Notes: generated from the letters alone by a model not told the origin. DNA of 64,000 nt from Candidatus Scybalocola faecavium (GCA_018713145.1 DVFP01000011.1:22606-86605); one strand, 5' to 3'; shown: positions 21,713 through 31,860, counted from the stretch's first letter. Numbers and translations are program-made.

Positions 21713-22039
21713 TCATATTTCTCGCTGCAATCTCATATACATGTGTTTGTTTGCATAAAACAGATCCAGCATATCAAATATTTTTTCAGAGGATCCCACA
21801 TCTGTACCAGAGCGATACGCAACTTCCGGCTCTTCATCAAGGACTCTTGTAATATCACCGACTGTCACACCCAGCACTTTAGCGATCTTTGTCAGAAGAT
21901 CCAGCGTAATACTATTTAACCCGTTTTCAATGCGAGCATACTTCTGTCTGCTAATTCCAATCAGATCAGCAACCTGTTCCTGAGTATAGCTCTTTGCCTT
22001 CCTTAATTCCTTAATACGTCCACACAACAAAGTATTCAT
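21713..22039 (-). CDS. XRE-family HTH regulator
   Basis: RIKELRKAKSYTQEQVADLIGISRQKYARIENG. Confidence 0.92.
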   Translation of the reverse strand: MNTLLCGRIKELRKAKSYTQEQVADLIGISRQKYARIENGLNSITLDLLTKIAKVLGVTVGDITRVLDEEPEVAYRSGTDVGSSEKIFDMLDLFYANKHMYMRLQREI

Positions 22040-22186
22040 GTTTATCTCTCCTTTTGAATTTATTGTATCATGATATGAAACAATGTCAACATAGGATGTT
22101 ATGATTTTATAACATTTTTATACTTGTATTATATGTTCCATGAGATATAATGATATTAGGAACAAATGAGATCGGAGGACATAAAA

Positions 22187-22792
22187 ATGGATTTGAAAGC
22201 TTTTACCTGGACCCGCACACCAGCGGATTATGCCATTGGGGACCATATGATCCAGATCACAACAAACCCCCATACAGATTTATGGCAAAGGACTTATTAT
22301 CATTTTCAAAATGATAATGCGCCGGTTTTTCAAATGGAAACAGACGAAAAATATTTCAGCTTTATCGTCAAAACAGATTTTAATGAAAGCCATCACCGTT
22401 TTGACCAGTGCGGCATTGTCATGTACCTGGACGGTGAAAATTGGCTGAAAGCTTCTGTAGAATACGAAAACGAAGACTACCAGCATCTTGGAAGTGTTGC
22501 CACCAATCACGGATATTCCGACTGGGCCACAACGGCTATTGACGCTTCTGTAAAATCTATGTGGTATCGTTTCAGCCGCCGGGAAGATGACTACTGTATT
22601 GAATGTTCTTATGACGGCGAGCATTTTTCCCAAATGCGGATCTGCCATATGTTTAAAGGGGACGGAAAGATCCGCTTTGGCATTTACGCCTGCTCACCGG
22701 AGGATTCCTCATTTACCGCATATTTCAGCCATATGCAGCTTACTCAGTGTCAGTGGAAAGCCCATGACGGCCAGCAGCCGGATGAAATCTAA
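22187..22792 (+). CDS. DUF1349-family (concanavalin-like fold) protein
   Basis: TDLWQRTYY, FDQCG, WLKASVEY, GYSDW, GIYACSP; ATG 22187 after GGAGG. Confidence 0.8.
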   Translation: MDLKAFTWTRTPADYAIGDHMIQITTNPHTDLWQRTYYHFQNDNAPVFQMETDEKYFSFIVKTDFNESHHRFDQCGIVMYLDGENWLKASVEYENEDYQHLGSVATNHGYSDWATTAIDASVKSMWYRFSRREDDYCIECSYDGEHFSQMRICHMFKGDGKIRFGIYACSPEDSSFTAYFSHMQLTQCQWKAHDGQQPDEI

Positions 22793-22879
22793 GCTGCGGG
22801 CAGGCGAATACCAACATTTATAAACGTTGCTGCAGAAAAGATAACGCTTGAAACCATGTGCCAGATATGATATATTAAA

Positions 22880-22982
22880 TATAGAAAAAGGGAAAACCAT
22901 AGAAGCGGCCTACCCTCAAATCGTAATTAGCAGTTACTTAGTAACAGCCGCCACTATTCGCAGTAGTTGGCGGCTATTTTCG
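22880..22982 (+). ncRNA. Putative antisense antitoxin RNA of a type I TA locus
   Basis: Promoter-like TTGAAA...TATATT upstream; ends in hairpin AGCCGCCACTA...TAGTTGGCGGCT-ATTTT that overlaps the 3' end of the minus-strand hydrophobic peptide. Confidence 0.5.
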
Positions 22983-23033
22983 TCTATCCTTGAAAATCTC
23001 GTAAAAAAGACCGACAAGGGCAACAATGAATAT
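22974..23033 (-). pseudogene. Remnant of a small holin-like type I toxin (IFIVALVGLFYEIFKDRRK*), no in-frame start
   Basis: Single TM helix plus basic tail read by hand; upstream codons lack ATG/GTG/TTG near an RBS. Confidence 0.55.
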
Positions 23034-23139
23034 TGCAAGCCGCCTTTTGGCTCTATGGTTTCCCGTATTGAGAGTATAACACATCATCGTTTATCAGACA
23101 ATTGGTTCTGGATAAAATTTTTACGCAGTAAATAAACCA

Positions 23140-23285
23140 TTGACAACACAAAAAATCTGTGATACCTTAATTATGTTCAAAACAGAAGTTTTCCTGTTAT
23201 TGAACGATGCAAATTTATAGATACAAATTTATATTGGTAACGTTAAGTAAAGGGGCGCACCACCGCGGGTGCGGCCCTTTTTGTG
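23140..23285 (+). promoter_or_regulatory. Promoter plus leader terminator resembling the thiS-motif (HMP-PP) riboswitch
   Basis: TTGACA-17-TACCTT; AAGGGGCGCACCACCGCGGGTGCGGCCCTTTTT terminator directly upstream of thiS; no TPP aptamer present. Confidence 0.68.
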
Positions 23286-23324
23286 CGTTTTTTTAGGAAA
23301 TTTCAGGAAGGAGGCGCAAAAACC

Positions 23325-23519
23325 ATGAAAGTCAATGGTGAAAACATCCCCTTAAATGAACCCCTCTGCCTTACCGATTTTCTTGCTCAGAAAGGCTTTA
23401 ACACCGGACGGGTGGCTGTGGAACGGAATGGAGACATTGTTCCAAAGGGCGCTTATGACACAACCATCCTGTCCGATGCAGACACCCTGGAGGTTGTCCA
23501 TTTTGTAGGAGGCGGCTGA
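23325..23519 (+). CDS. thiS: Sulfur carrier protein ThiS
   Basis: MKVNG...[10 protein letters not shown]...[10 protein letters not shown]; RBS AAGGAGG. Confidence 0.95.
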   Translation: MKVNGENIPLNEPLCLTDFLAQKGFNTGRVAVERNGDIVPKGAYDTTILSDADTLEVVHFVGGG

Positions 23520-24166
23520 TGAAAGGACAAAACATACCCACAAAGGAAATGCTGGCCCGGACCCTTATAGAGCGCCACACCCGGCCGGTGTATGAAGCCA
23601 TGGCCGGTGCCCGGGTAGGGATCGCGGGCCTGGGAGGTCTGGGTTCAAATATTGCCGTTATGCTCACACGGCTTGGTATCGGCCATCTTGTTCTGGCGGA
23701 CTTTGACCAGGTGGATCTTTCCAACCTAAACCGCCAGCACTATATGATCCGCCATCTTGGCATGGAAAAAACAAAAGCTCTGGCCGAACAGCTTTACCAG
23801 ATCAATCCCTATATTGACCTGACTCTCCATACGGTCAGGATCACCCAGGACAATGCCCTTTCCGTGTTTAGGGACTGCCCTATGATCTGCGAAGCCTTTG
23901 ACCAGCCCCAGGCCAAGGCCGATCTGGTCAATACAGTGCTTGAACAGGCGCCGGACAAGATCATTGTGGCCGCCTCGGGCCTGGCAGGCTACGGCAGCGC
24001 TAATGACATAAAAACCCGCCGGGTCATGAAAAATCTTTATGTGTGCGGGGATAATAAAAGCGGCATTGAGGACGGCATGTGCCTTATGGCTCCCAGAGCA
24101 GCCCTGTGCGCCGCCCATCAGGCCAACATGGTGCTCCGGCTGATCTTAAATATTTCAGAGCCGTAA
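23519..24166 (+). CDS. thiF: ThiS adenylyltransferase ThiF
   Basis: GIAGLGGLGS, DFDQVDLSNLNRQ; coupled to thiS. Confidence 0.93.
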   Translation: MKGQNIPTKEMLARTLIERHTRPVYEAMAGARVGIAGLGGLGSNIAVMLTRLGIGHLVLADFDQVDLSNLNRQHYMIRHLGMEKTKALAEQLYQINPYIDLTLHTVRITQDNALSVFRDCPMICEAFDQPQAKADLVNTVLEQAPDKIIVAASGLAGYGSANDIKTRRVMKNLYVCGDNKSGIEDGMCLMAPRAALCAAHQANMVLRLILNISEP

Positions 24167-24265
24167 TATATTTTCAGGCGCAAAATGGCCTGCCCAGAGC
24201 CTGCCAAAAGAGCAGCACAGGCTATCAAACGCGATTCTGAGGATGCTTTGTGCCTTAAGGCAATT

Positions 24266-24520
24266 TATAATATGAGACAAGCGACAAAAGGTCATGCGGG
24301 CCGCGCTTGCGCAGGCAAGCGTGACTTTTTGTCGCGCAAAACACCGAAAAGGAGCCATTTTTCGCAGAAAAATGGGCGGATTTGAGGTGTTTTTAGGATT
24401 GCGGGGCGCTAAACGAACGTCCGGTGGACGTTCGTTTAGCGCCGACCGTAGCGGTAGCGAAGACCGCAAAGCGCGGAGCAATCCGTGTCTCATGCCCATT
24501 TGTCGGGCAACTCATAATAT
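24266..24520 (+). repeat. Dispersed hairpin-rich non-coding element, copy B
   Basis: TATAAT at both ends (24266, 24515); inverted repeats ATGAGACA (24272)/TGTCTCAT (24486); core shared with copy A; extra palindrome CGCTAAACGAACGTCC-GGT-GGACGTTCGTTTAGCG. Confidence 0.85.
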
Positions 24521-24538
24521 ACTAGGAGGATAACAATT

Positions 24539-25306
24539 ATGAACGATTCATTAATCATTGGAGGACACACATTTAACTCACGTTTTATTTTAGGTTCCGG
24601 AAAATTCTCTCTGGAAATGACCAAAGCCGTCATTGAAAACGGCGGCGTGGAAATGGCCACTCTGGCCCTTCGCCGTGCCAATGCCGGAGGCGAGGAAAAT
24701 ATCCTGGACTATATGCCTAAAGGCATTACCCTGCTGCCCAACACCTCCGGAGCCAGAGACGCCCAGGAAGCTGTGCGCATTGCCCGCCTTGCCAGAGAAC
24801 TTGGCTGCGGTGATTTTGTAAAAGTGGAAGTGATCCACGATTCCAAATACCTGATGCCGGATAACCGGGAAACCATTAAGGCTACGGAAATCCTCGCCAA
24901 AGAAGGATTCATCGTTATGCCTTACATGATGCCGGACCTGGCTGCCGCAAGAGCGCTGGCCGACGCCGGCGCTGCCGCTGTTATGCCTCTTGGCGCGCCT
25001 ATCGGGAGCAACAAAGGGCTTTTAACGAAAGACTTTGTAAAAATGCTTGTAGAAGAAATCGACCTGCCTATCATTGTTGATGCAGGCATTGGCCGTCCTT
25101 CCCAGGCCTGCGAAGCTATGGAAATCGGTGCTGCCGCAGTGATGGCTAACACGGCCATTGCTACTGCCGGGGATGTGGCTGCTATGGCCCGGGCATTTAA
25201 GCTGGCTATTGAAGCCGGCCGTCTGGCTTATCTTGCCGGTCCCGGCCGCGTCCTTGAACACAAAGGCGAAGCATCCAGCCCCCTCACCGGATTTTTACAA
25301 GATTAA
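24539..25306 (+). CDS. thiG: Thiazole synthase
   Basis: [39 protein letters not shown]. Confidence 0.97.
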   Translation: MNDSLIIGGHTFNSRFILGSGKFSLEMTKAVIENGGVEMATLALRRANAGGEENILDYMPKGITLLPNTSGARDAQEAVRIARLARELGCGDFVKVEVIHDSKYLMPDNRETIKATEILAKEGFIVMPYMMPDLAAARALADAGAAAVMPLGAPIGSNKGLLTKDFVKMLVEEIDLPIIVDAGIGRPSQACEAMEIGAAAVMANTAIATAGDVAAMARAFKLAIEAGRLAYLAGPGRVLEHKGEASSPLTGFLQD

Positions 25307-25369
25307 GCTTTATATTTTACCACAGGACCATTAAGGAAATGAAACGGTTAGAAACAGGAGGCCTTTACA

Positions 25370-26560
25370 TTGAATACACAAAAAGTTGACCATATGACCT
25401 ACATGGACGGCATGGAAGCCATTGACCATTCCATTATGGACACAGTGCTGGCTGCCACTGCAGATTATGACTATAACAAATATACCGAGGGGGATGTGCT
25501 TGCCGCTTTAAGCCACGACGAGATCACTTTGGAAGATTACAAAGCACTCCTCTCCCCTGCGGCCCTGCCCCATCTTGAGGACATTGCCCGCCGGGCAAAA
25601 ATAGAAACCCGCAAGCATTTTGGCAACAGTGTGGCTCTTTTTACTCCACTTTACATTGCCAATTACTGTGAAAACAACTGTATTTACTGTGGATTTAACT
25701 GTAAAAACAGGATTCACCGGGCACGGCTGACGATGGAAGAGATCGATCGGGAACTGTCTACCATTGCAAAAACCGGGTTAAAAGACATCCTTATCCTTAC
25801 AGGGGAATCCCGCCATATGTCTGATGTAGAATACATTGGGGAAGCCCTTAAGATCGCCCAGAAATACTTTTCATCCATTTCCCTGGAGATCTATCCTTTA
25901 AATACAGACGAATACGCTTATCTTCACCGGTGCGGCGCAGACTATGTATGTGTTTACCAGGAAACCTACAACCCGGATAAATATGAGCAAATGCATCTTT
26001 CCGGACCTAAGCGTATTTTCCCATACCGCTTTAACGCTCAGGAGCGGGCGCTCATGGGCGGTATGCGGGGCGTGGCCTTTGGCGCTCTTTTAGGCCTGGA
26101 TGATTTCCGCAAGGATGCCTTTGCCACAGGCCTTCACGCCAGCCTGATCCAGCATAAGTACCCTCATGCAGAGATTTCCTTCTCCACGCCAAGACTGCGT
26201 CCTTACATTAATAACGAAGAAAATAATCCGAAGGATGTTCATGAGCCTCAGCTCCTTCAGGTCATGATGGCCTATCGCCTGTTCCTGCCTTACGCCGGCA
26301 TTACCATTTCCACAAGAGAGCGGGCCGGTTTCCGGGATAATGTGATCGGTCTTGCGGCCACAAAGATTTCCGCAGGGGTCAGCGTTGGCGTTGGCGGCCA
26401 TGAGGAGGAAGCAAAGGGAGACGAACAGTTTGAAATTTCCGATCCAAGAAGCGTCGATGAGGTAGATGCAGCCATCCGGGCTCACGGTCTCCAGCCGGTC
26501 TACAGCGACTATGTGTGGACCGAAGATTTTCCGGAGGACTTAAGAAACCATGCCTGCTAA
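25370..26560 (+). CDS. thiH: 2-iminoacetate synthase (radical SAM tyrosine lyase)
   Basis: PLYIANYCENNCIYCGF, YQETY, ISTRE, QFEISDPRS. Confidence 0.95.
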   Translation: MNTQKVDHMTYMDGMEAIDHSIMDTVLAATADYDYNKYTEGDVLAALSHDEITLEDYKALLSPAALPHLEDIARRAKIETRKHFGNSVALFTPLYIANYCENNCIYCGFNCKNRIHRARLTMEEIDRELSTIAKTGLKDILILTGESRHMSDVEYIGEALKIAQKYFSSISLEIYPLNTDEYAYLHRCGADYVCVYQETYNPDKYEQMHLSGPKRIFPYRFNAQERALMGGMRGVAFGALLGLDDFRKDAFATGLHASLIQHKYPHAEISFSTPRLRPYINNEENNPKDVHEPQLLQVMMAYRLFLPYAGITISTRERAGFRDNVIGLAATKISAGVSVGVGGHEEEAKGDEQFEISDPRSVDEVDAAIRAHGLQPVYSDYVWTEDFPEDLRNHAC

Positions 26561-27251
26561 AGAAAACGGCGCCCAGGGGCGCCCTGCCGCAGCCATGGCA
26601 TCGGCTCCGGCAGCGGGCACAAAAAATCCGGCGGCTCCGATCCCGGCAGCCCCGGCAAGCCGGATCCTGTGCGTTACGGCCCGGAAACTATGTCCGTCCG
26701 GGATCCCATCCTTTTTAGAACAGGTAGAGCGGATCGCCCAGGCCGGGCCTTTAGGGATCATCTTGCGGGAGAAGGATCTGACAGAAGAAGCTTATTTTAA
26801 GCTTCTTCTCCAATGCCGGGATATTTGCCGGCTTTACCAGGTTCCGCTTTTTGCCCACACCTTTGTAGACGCAGCTAAAAAGGCAGGGATTTTACGGATC
26901 CATCTCTCCCTGCCTGTATTTATCAAGCTTGGCAGGCGGCCTCAGGGCTTTCATACGGTAGGCACAAGCATCCACTCTTTAGATGAGGCAAAAAAGGCTG
27001 TAGATCTTGGCGCCGACTATCTTACTGCAGGCCATATTTTTGAAACCGACTGCAAAGCCGGGCTGCCTGGCCGGGGGCTGGCATTTTTAGAGGAAATCTG
27101 CCATTTCAGTCCGGTTCCCGTGTATGCCATCGGAGGCATCACCCCCAAAAATATGCCGGACATTTTAAAAGCCGGAGCCGCAGGCGGCTGTATGATGTCC
27201 TCTCTTATGACAGCAAAAGATCCCGGAGCGCTTATGCTCATCCCTTGCTGA
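26550..27251 (+). CDS. Thiamine phosphate synthase/TenI-family protein
   Basis: ILREKDL, GTSIHS, GADYLTAGHIFETDCK, YAIGGI; last gene of thi operon; ThiE versus TenI not resolvable by eye. Confidence 0.85.
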   Translation: MPAKENGAQGRPAAAMASAPAAGTKNPAAPIPAAPASRILCVTARKLCPSGIPSFLEQVERIAQAGPLGIILREKDLTEEAYFKLLLQCRDICRLYQVPLFAHTFVDAAKKAGILRIHLSLPVFIKLGRRPQGFHTVGTSIHSLDEAKKAVDLGADYLTAGHIFETDCKAGLPGRGLAFLEEICHFSPVPVYAIGGITPKNMPDILKAGAAGGCMMSSLMTAKDPGALMLIPC

Positions 27252-29265
27252 CGATCCGATAGTAAGCCCGGGATGTACCAAAATATACGAGGGTATAAAA
27301 TACGGCAAAAATGACAAAACAGAGAAGAGTCACGCCGGCCATAAACACCTTGTCATACAATCCAAACATAGCCAGGAGCAGGGAAATGATCTTAAATGCC
27401 ACTGCGATGTGGATGCCGGCTCCGATAAGCGGGGCAAAAAACACAGTCAACACCTGGGAATGGATGATCTTTGACACTTCCTTGCGGGTCATGCCCACTT
27501 TCTGAAGAATGTCAAACCGGCCCTGATCCTCGTAACCTTCAGTCACCTGTTTGTAGTACATGATCAGCACTGCCGCGCACAGGCACACAATACCAAGAAG
27601 GATGCCTAAGAAAAACAGTCCGCTGTACAGTCCCATAAAAGAATCCTGGGAGCTGGCGCGGCATTCCATACTGACCTCAGGCATAGATGGATCGGCGGCA
27701 GTCATTTCAGATACAGCCTGTGAGAAGCGGTCAAATACGGCGATCTGCTGGTCCTTATCTCCATTCGTATCAAAGCCAAAGAAGGTCTGCTTATAGCTGG
27801 CAATCTCCTGGCTGTCATAGCCGTACTGGGACAGCATAGCATCAAACCGCTCTATAGCCACAGAAAGATCCGGCACAAAAATAAACATAGAGGCCATGAC
27901 CTGCTGGGTATCAATGCCGTTGGCCATAAATGAGTCCAGATTTTCCTTAATTTTTACTGTGCCATAGCCTTCAATATTTAAAGTATCTCCCGTATAGTCG
28001 GTTTTGGTACAGTACAGCAGGATCTCATCCTCTGCCAGAGTTACGTCTGTTCCCATAAGACGGTTATAATCATCCAGGGAGATCACAAACAGCTGGCGCA
28101 CAGCCGCATAATCAAAAGGCGTCAGCAGGTTGCTCTGGTCAAAAGACAAGGTATCCCCTACAAGAGCAGCGCTAAGATCCAGATCTTTATAAACTAAAGT
28201 ATTTTCCCGGGTCAGGCCGTACTCTGCCAAAATGCTGTCTGCCGTGTCCGCCATTTTCCGGGACACAGCGTCATCCACAGTGTTCATATCCATGGTGATC
28301 TGCCGGGTAAACCGGTGATTTAAAAGATCATTGGTGCCAAAGTATAAAGACGCAGTTGACGAGATCATTACCAGCACTGCCGTGCTTAAGATGCAGATAG
28401 CCGCCAGCCCGGCTCCGTTGCGCTTCATCCGGTAGCTCATGGATGAAATGGAAATAAAATGGCTTGTTTTATAATAATACCTCTTATTCATTTTCAGGAT
28501 CCGGCATAAAACCACCGACCCGGCAATAAACAGCAGATACGTGCCGACAATGACAAAGATCACAGCCACAAAAAACATGAGCAGGGCCGATAATGGTTCT
28601 TCAATGGTAATGGCCAGAAAATACCCTGCAAGTAAAACAATCAATCCTAAAATCGCCAGGACCCAGTTGGCCTTTGGCGGCTTTTCACCTACATTTTCAC
28701 TTTTTAAAAGTTCCACAGGCTTTGCCCGGTAAACCTGGCGAAGGCCGTTTAAAAACAGCAGGACAAAAATGACAATAAAAATAGTTACATCGGTCTGTAT
28801 AGCCTTAGGGCTTACAGCTAAGGAAAAGCCTGCACTGCTGTGAAGCATATAAGCCATGATGATCTGGGCAGCTTTGGAAAATAAAACGCCAAAAACAATC
28901 CCCGCTGCCAGGGCGATCAGGGTAATGATGACGCTTTCCCAAAACAGGACAAGGACAAGATTTTTCCGCCCCATGCCAAGGATGCTGTAAAGGCCAAACT
29001 CTTTTTTTCTGCGGCGCATTAAAAAGGAATTGGTATAAAACAGGAAAAATGTGGCAAATACGGCAATAATGCCTACGCCCATCATAATAAACATCTGTAC
29101 ATCTCCGCCTCCCGGCAGGCTGGTAACGCTTTTGTCCGTGGCCAGGAAGATAATGATATATTCCATCATGACCATGCCAATGCAGCTTAAAATATAGGGA
29201 AGATAGATTTTCCGGTTTTTGTAAATGCCTGTTGCGGCCAGTTTCCAGTAAAAAAACATTTTCAT
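27238..29265 (-). CDS. BceB-like ABC permease (antimicrobial peptide resistance)
   Basis: YTNSFLMRRRKKEFGLYSILGM, about 10 TMs with large extracellular loop. Confidence 0.92.
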   Translation of the reverse strand: MKMFFYWKLAATGIYKNRKIYLPYILSCIGMVMMEYIIIFLATDKSVTSLPGGGDVQMFIMMGVGIIAVFATFFLFYTNSFLMRRRKKEFGLYSILGMGRKNLVLVLFWESVIITLIALAAGIVFGVLFSKAAQIIMAYMLHSSAGFSLAVSPKAIQTDVTIFIVIFVLLFLNGLRQVYRAKPVELLKSENVGEKPPKANWVLAILGLIVLLAGYFLAITIEEPLSALLMFFVAVIFVIVGTYLLFIAGSVVLCRILKMNKRYYYKTSHFISISSMSYRMKRNGAGLAAICILSTAVLVMISSTASLYFGTNDLLNHRFTRQITMDMNTVDDAVSRKMADTADSILAEYGLTRENTLVYKDLDLSAALVGDTLSFDQSNLLTPFDYAAVRQLFVISLDDYNRLMGTDVTLAEDEILLYCTKTDYTGDTLNIEGYGTVKIKENLDSFMANGIDTQQVMASMFIFVPDLSVAIERFDAMLSQYGYDSQEIASYKQTFFGFDTNGDKDQQIAVFDRFSQAVSEMTAADPSMPEVSMECRASSQDSFMGLYSGLFFLGILLGIVCLCAAVLIMYYKQVTEGYEDQGRFDILQKVGMTRKEVSKIIHSQVLTVFFAPLIGAGIHIAVAFKIISLLLAMFGLYDKVFMAGVTLLCFVIFAVFYTLVYFGTSRAYYRIVSKG

Positions 29266-30026
29266 CGTCTGTCACCACCTGTCGCGATCATGGTCAATGT
29301 TCGGGAAATCTTCTCATACAGTTCTTCATTGGTATTTTCTCCCCGGTAGATCTGATGGAACAATTCCCCGTCTTTAATAAACAGGATCCGTCCTGCATGG
29401 CTGGCTGCCTTCACCGAGTGGGTCACCATAAGGATGGTCTGGCCGTCCCGGTTAATGGAGGCAAACAGATCCAAAAGCTCGTCAGATGACCTGGAATCAA
29501 GAGCCCCGGTAGGTTCATCCGCCAAGATCAGCCGGGGATGAGTGATCAGGGCCCGGGCCACTGCCGCCCTTTGCTTCTGGCCCCCGGAAACCTCATAAGG
29601 ATATTTTTTCAGCAAAGACTCAATGCCAAGCTTTGACGCCAAAGGCTTTAACTCCTTTTCCATCTGGGCATATTTTTGTCCCGCCAGAACTAATGGCAGC
29701 AAAATATTATCCTCCAGGGAAAAGGTGTCTAACAGATTAAAATCCTGAAATACAAATCCCAGGTTATCCCGGCGGAAGGCAGACAGATCCTTTTCCCGGA
29801 TCTTTGACACTGGCTTGCCATCCAGAGTTACCTCCCCGTGGGTGGGCTTATCCAGCGTTGCTAAAATATTTAAAAGGGTCGTCTTACCTGAGCCGGACTC
29901 ACCCATGATTGCCACATATTCCCCGGTTTCCACCGTTAGTGACACGTTATGCAGGGCCCGCACCTGATTTCCTCCAAAGCGGGTCGTATAAATTTTTTCC
30001 AGATTATTGACTTCCAAGATCGACAT
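29262..30026 (-). CDS. BceA-like ABC ATPase
   Basis: [31 protein letters not shown]. Confidence 0.95.
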   Translation of the reverse strand: MSILEVNNLEKIYTTRFGGNQVRALHNVSLTVETGEYVAIMGESGSGKTTLLNILATLDKPTHGEVTLDGKPVSKIREKDLSAFRRDNLGFVFQDFNLLDTFSLEDNILLPLVLAGQKYAQMEKELKPLASKLGIESLLKKYPYEVSGGQKQRAAVARALITHPRLILADEPTGALDSRSSDELLDLFASINRDGQTILMVTHSVKAASHAGRILFIKDGELFHQIYRGENTNEELYEKISRTLTMIATGGDRR

Positions 30027-30100
30027 ATACTTAAAACCTCCTGATATTCTTTGATCATGGACCTATGATAACAAAACAGCCGCATTGCCATCCATCGAAA

Positions 30101-30140
30101 GGCATGACAATACGGCATGACAATGTGACAATTTTGTAAG
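30101..30140 (-). promoter_or_regulatory. BceR-type response-regulator binding site
   Basis: TGACA-ATTT-TGTAA (TNACA-N4-TGTAA type) plus two further GGCATGACAA repeats upstream of the ATPase gene. Confidence 0.7.
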
Positions 30141-30166
30141 AGGCTCCATGTTTTCTTTATAAGAGG

Positions 30167-31153
30167 CTACTCTGTCTGAGGATCATAGTGATTTAGGTCG
30201 ATCACAAACCGGGAACCCTTCCCTACAGTGGATGTCACTGAAATTTTATGGCCCAATTTTCCGGCAGACCGCCGGCAAAGGTACAGGCCCAGCCCGGTAG
30301 ACTTTTTCTCCGACCGGCCATTGTACCCGGTAAAGCCTTTTTCAAAAATCCGGGGCATATCTTCCGGCGCAATACCGATTCCTGTATCTTCCACGATCAG
30401 ATGATTTTCATCATCTACTGAAATGGTCACGCTCCCCTTCTCTGTATACTTAATCGCATTGGATAAAAGCTGCTCCAGGATAAATCCCAGCCATTTTTCA
30501 TCCGTCAGAGCCGTTTTATCTGTTCCCGCGTAAGACAGGCGGATCCGGCTTCGGATAAACTGTCCCGCAAATTTCCGGATCGCCTGGCGGATGATCTTAT
30601 CCAGACTGCATTCCTCGATCACCAGATCTGAGGCATTTTCATCCAGACGCACATAGTACAAAACCATTTCCACATACTGTTCAATACGGAAAAGTTCAGA
30701 CAAAAGCTCCTGGTTGGCCTGGGTATCCTCACTTTGAAGGATCACCCGCATCACCGCAATGGGCGCTTTGATCTGATGGACCCAAGTGGCATAATAATCG
30801 GCAGTTTCTGCCTGGCTTGTCTGCCATCGCCCATACTCCTCGTCCCGAAGTCTTCCAAGAGCTTTTAAAAGCTGCTGGTAATCCTCCTCCTTAGGATCTG
30901 TAGGCGCCGGCAGGTCATTCCATAAGAGCTGGATACTGTCCCGGATACGGCTTAATTCCTTGTGCCTTTTATAAAATGCCAGAAACCCCGACACAAACAG
31001 CACGATGCCCGCCATAAGGCACAAAACCGCCGGATACCAGATCACCTCCAACGGTTCCCGAAACATTAAAAAGATCACAGCATAGATCCCTACGCACAGC
31101 CCCATGCCCCACAGGCACCGGCGGCACTGGCACAAATACTTCCACAAAAGCAT
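30167..31153 (-). CDS. BceS-like intramembrane-sensing histidine kinase
   Basis: Two close TMs, WVHQIKAP, QLLSNAIKY, DTGIGI, FEKGFTG, STGLGLYL. Confidence 0.93.
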   Translation of the reverse strand: MLLWKYLCQCRRCLWGMGLCVGIYAVIFLMFREPLEVIWYPAVLCLMAGIVLFVSGFLAFYKRHKELSRIRDSIQLLWNDLPAPTDPKEEDYQQLLKALGRLRDEEYGRWQTSQAETADYYATWVHQIKAPIAVMRVILQSEDTQANQELLSELFRIEQYVEMVLYYVRLDENASDLVIEECSLDKIIRQAIRKFAGQFIRSRIRLSYAGTDKTALTDEKWLGFILEQLLSNAIKYTEKGSVTISVDDENHLIVEDTGIGIAPEDMPRIFEKGFTGYNGRSEKKSTGLGLYLCRRSAGKLGHKISVTSTVGKGSRFVIDLNHYDPQTE

Positions 31154-31188
31154 AGTTTCACTCTCCTTCCGGTTAGCCGGGCGGCCGC

Positions 31189-31860
31189 CTACTGGATGAT
31201 ATAGCCTCCGCCTACCTTTGTGGTAATAAATCCGGTCAGTCCGGCCTGATCCAGCTTTTTCCGCAGTCTGGCAATATTTACTGTCAGTGTGTTTTCTTCC
31301 ACATACACATCACTTTCCCACAAACGCATCATTAATGTATCCCGGCTCACCACCTTGCCCTTATTTTCCATTAAGGTCTGAAGGATGCGAAATTCATTTT
31401 TGCTCAGATCGATCTTCCGGTCCTGATACACAAGGGTCGTATCATTTAAGTTTAAAATCGCCCCCTTATGTTCCAGCACCGGGATCTTCCCCGCCATATC
31501 GTAGGTGCGCCGCAGCACGGCCTGGATCTTGGCGGTCAGCACATTTAAGTCAAAGGGCTTGGCGATAAAATCATCCCCGCCCATATTCATAGCCATAACA
31601 ATGTTCATATTATCTGACGCAGATGAAATAAAGATCACCGGAACATTGGAAATCTTTCGGATCTCGCTGCACCAGTGGTAGCCGTTGTAAAAAGGCAGCA
31701 TAATATCCACCAAAACCAAATGGGGATCAAATGCGGTAAACTCTGTGAGCACATGGGCCAGATCCTTCACATACTCTACCGTATTTCCCCAGGACTCCAG
31801 GTGCTTTTTCATGGCCTTAGCCATGGATGTATCGTCTTCAATGATCAAAATTTTGTACAT
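31189..31860 (-). CDS. BceR-like OmpR-family response regulator
   Basis: IIEDD, LVDIMLP, GGDDFIAKPF, TLTVNIARLRKKL. Confidence 0.95.
   Translation of the reverse strand: MYKILIIEDDTSMAKAMKKHLESWGNTVEYVKDLAHVLTEFTAFDPHLVLVDIMLPFYNGYHWCSEIRKISNVPVIFISSASDNMNIVMAMNMGGDDFIAKPFDLNVLTAKIQAVLRRTYDMAGKIPVLEHKGAILNLNDTTLVYQDRKIDLSKNEFRILQTLMENKGKVVSRDTLMMRLWESDVYVEENTLTVNIARLRKKLDQAGLTGFITTKVGGGYIIQ

Noticed and set aside
22848-23135. 95-aa plus-strand ORF
   Set aside because: TTG start without RBS and runs through a terminator; better explained as the type I TA remnant
23140-23324. TPP riboswitch upstream of the thi operon
   Set aside because: No CTGAGA or CCTGAT...TAAT...GCGnAGG core found
24155-24533. 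ORFs 24185..24385, 24294..24533 and 24155..24499 as proteins
   Set aside because: They lie in the palindromic repeat element, lack RBSs and recognisable motifs, and the reading frame is not kept in copy A
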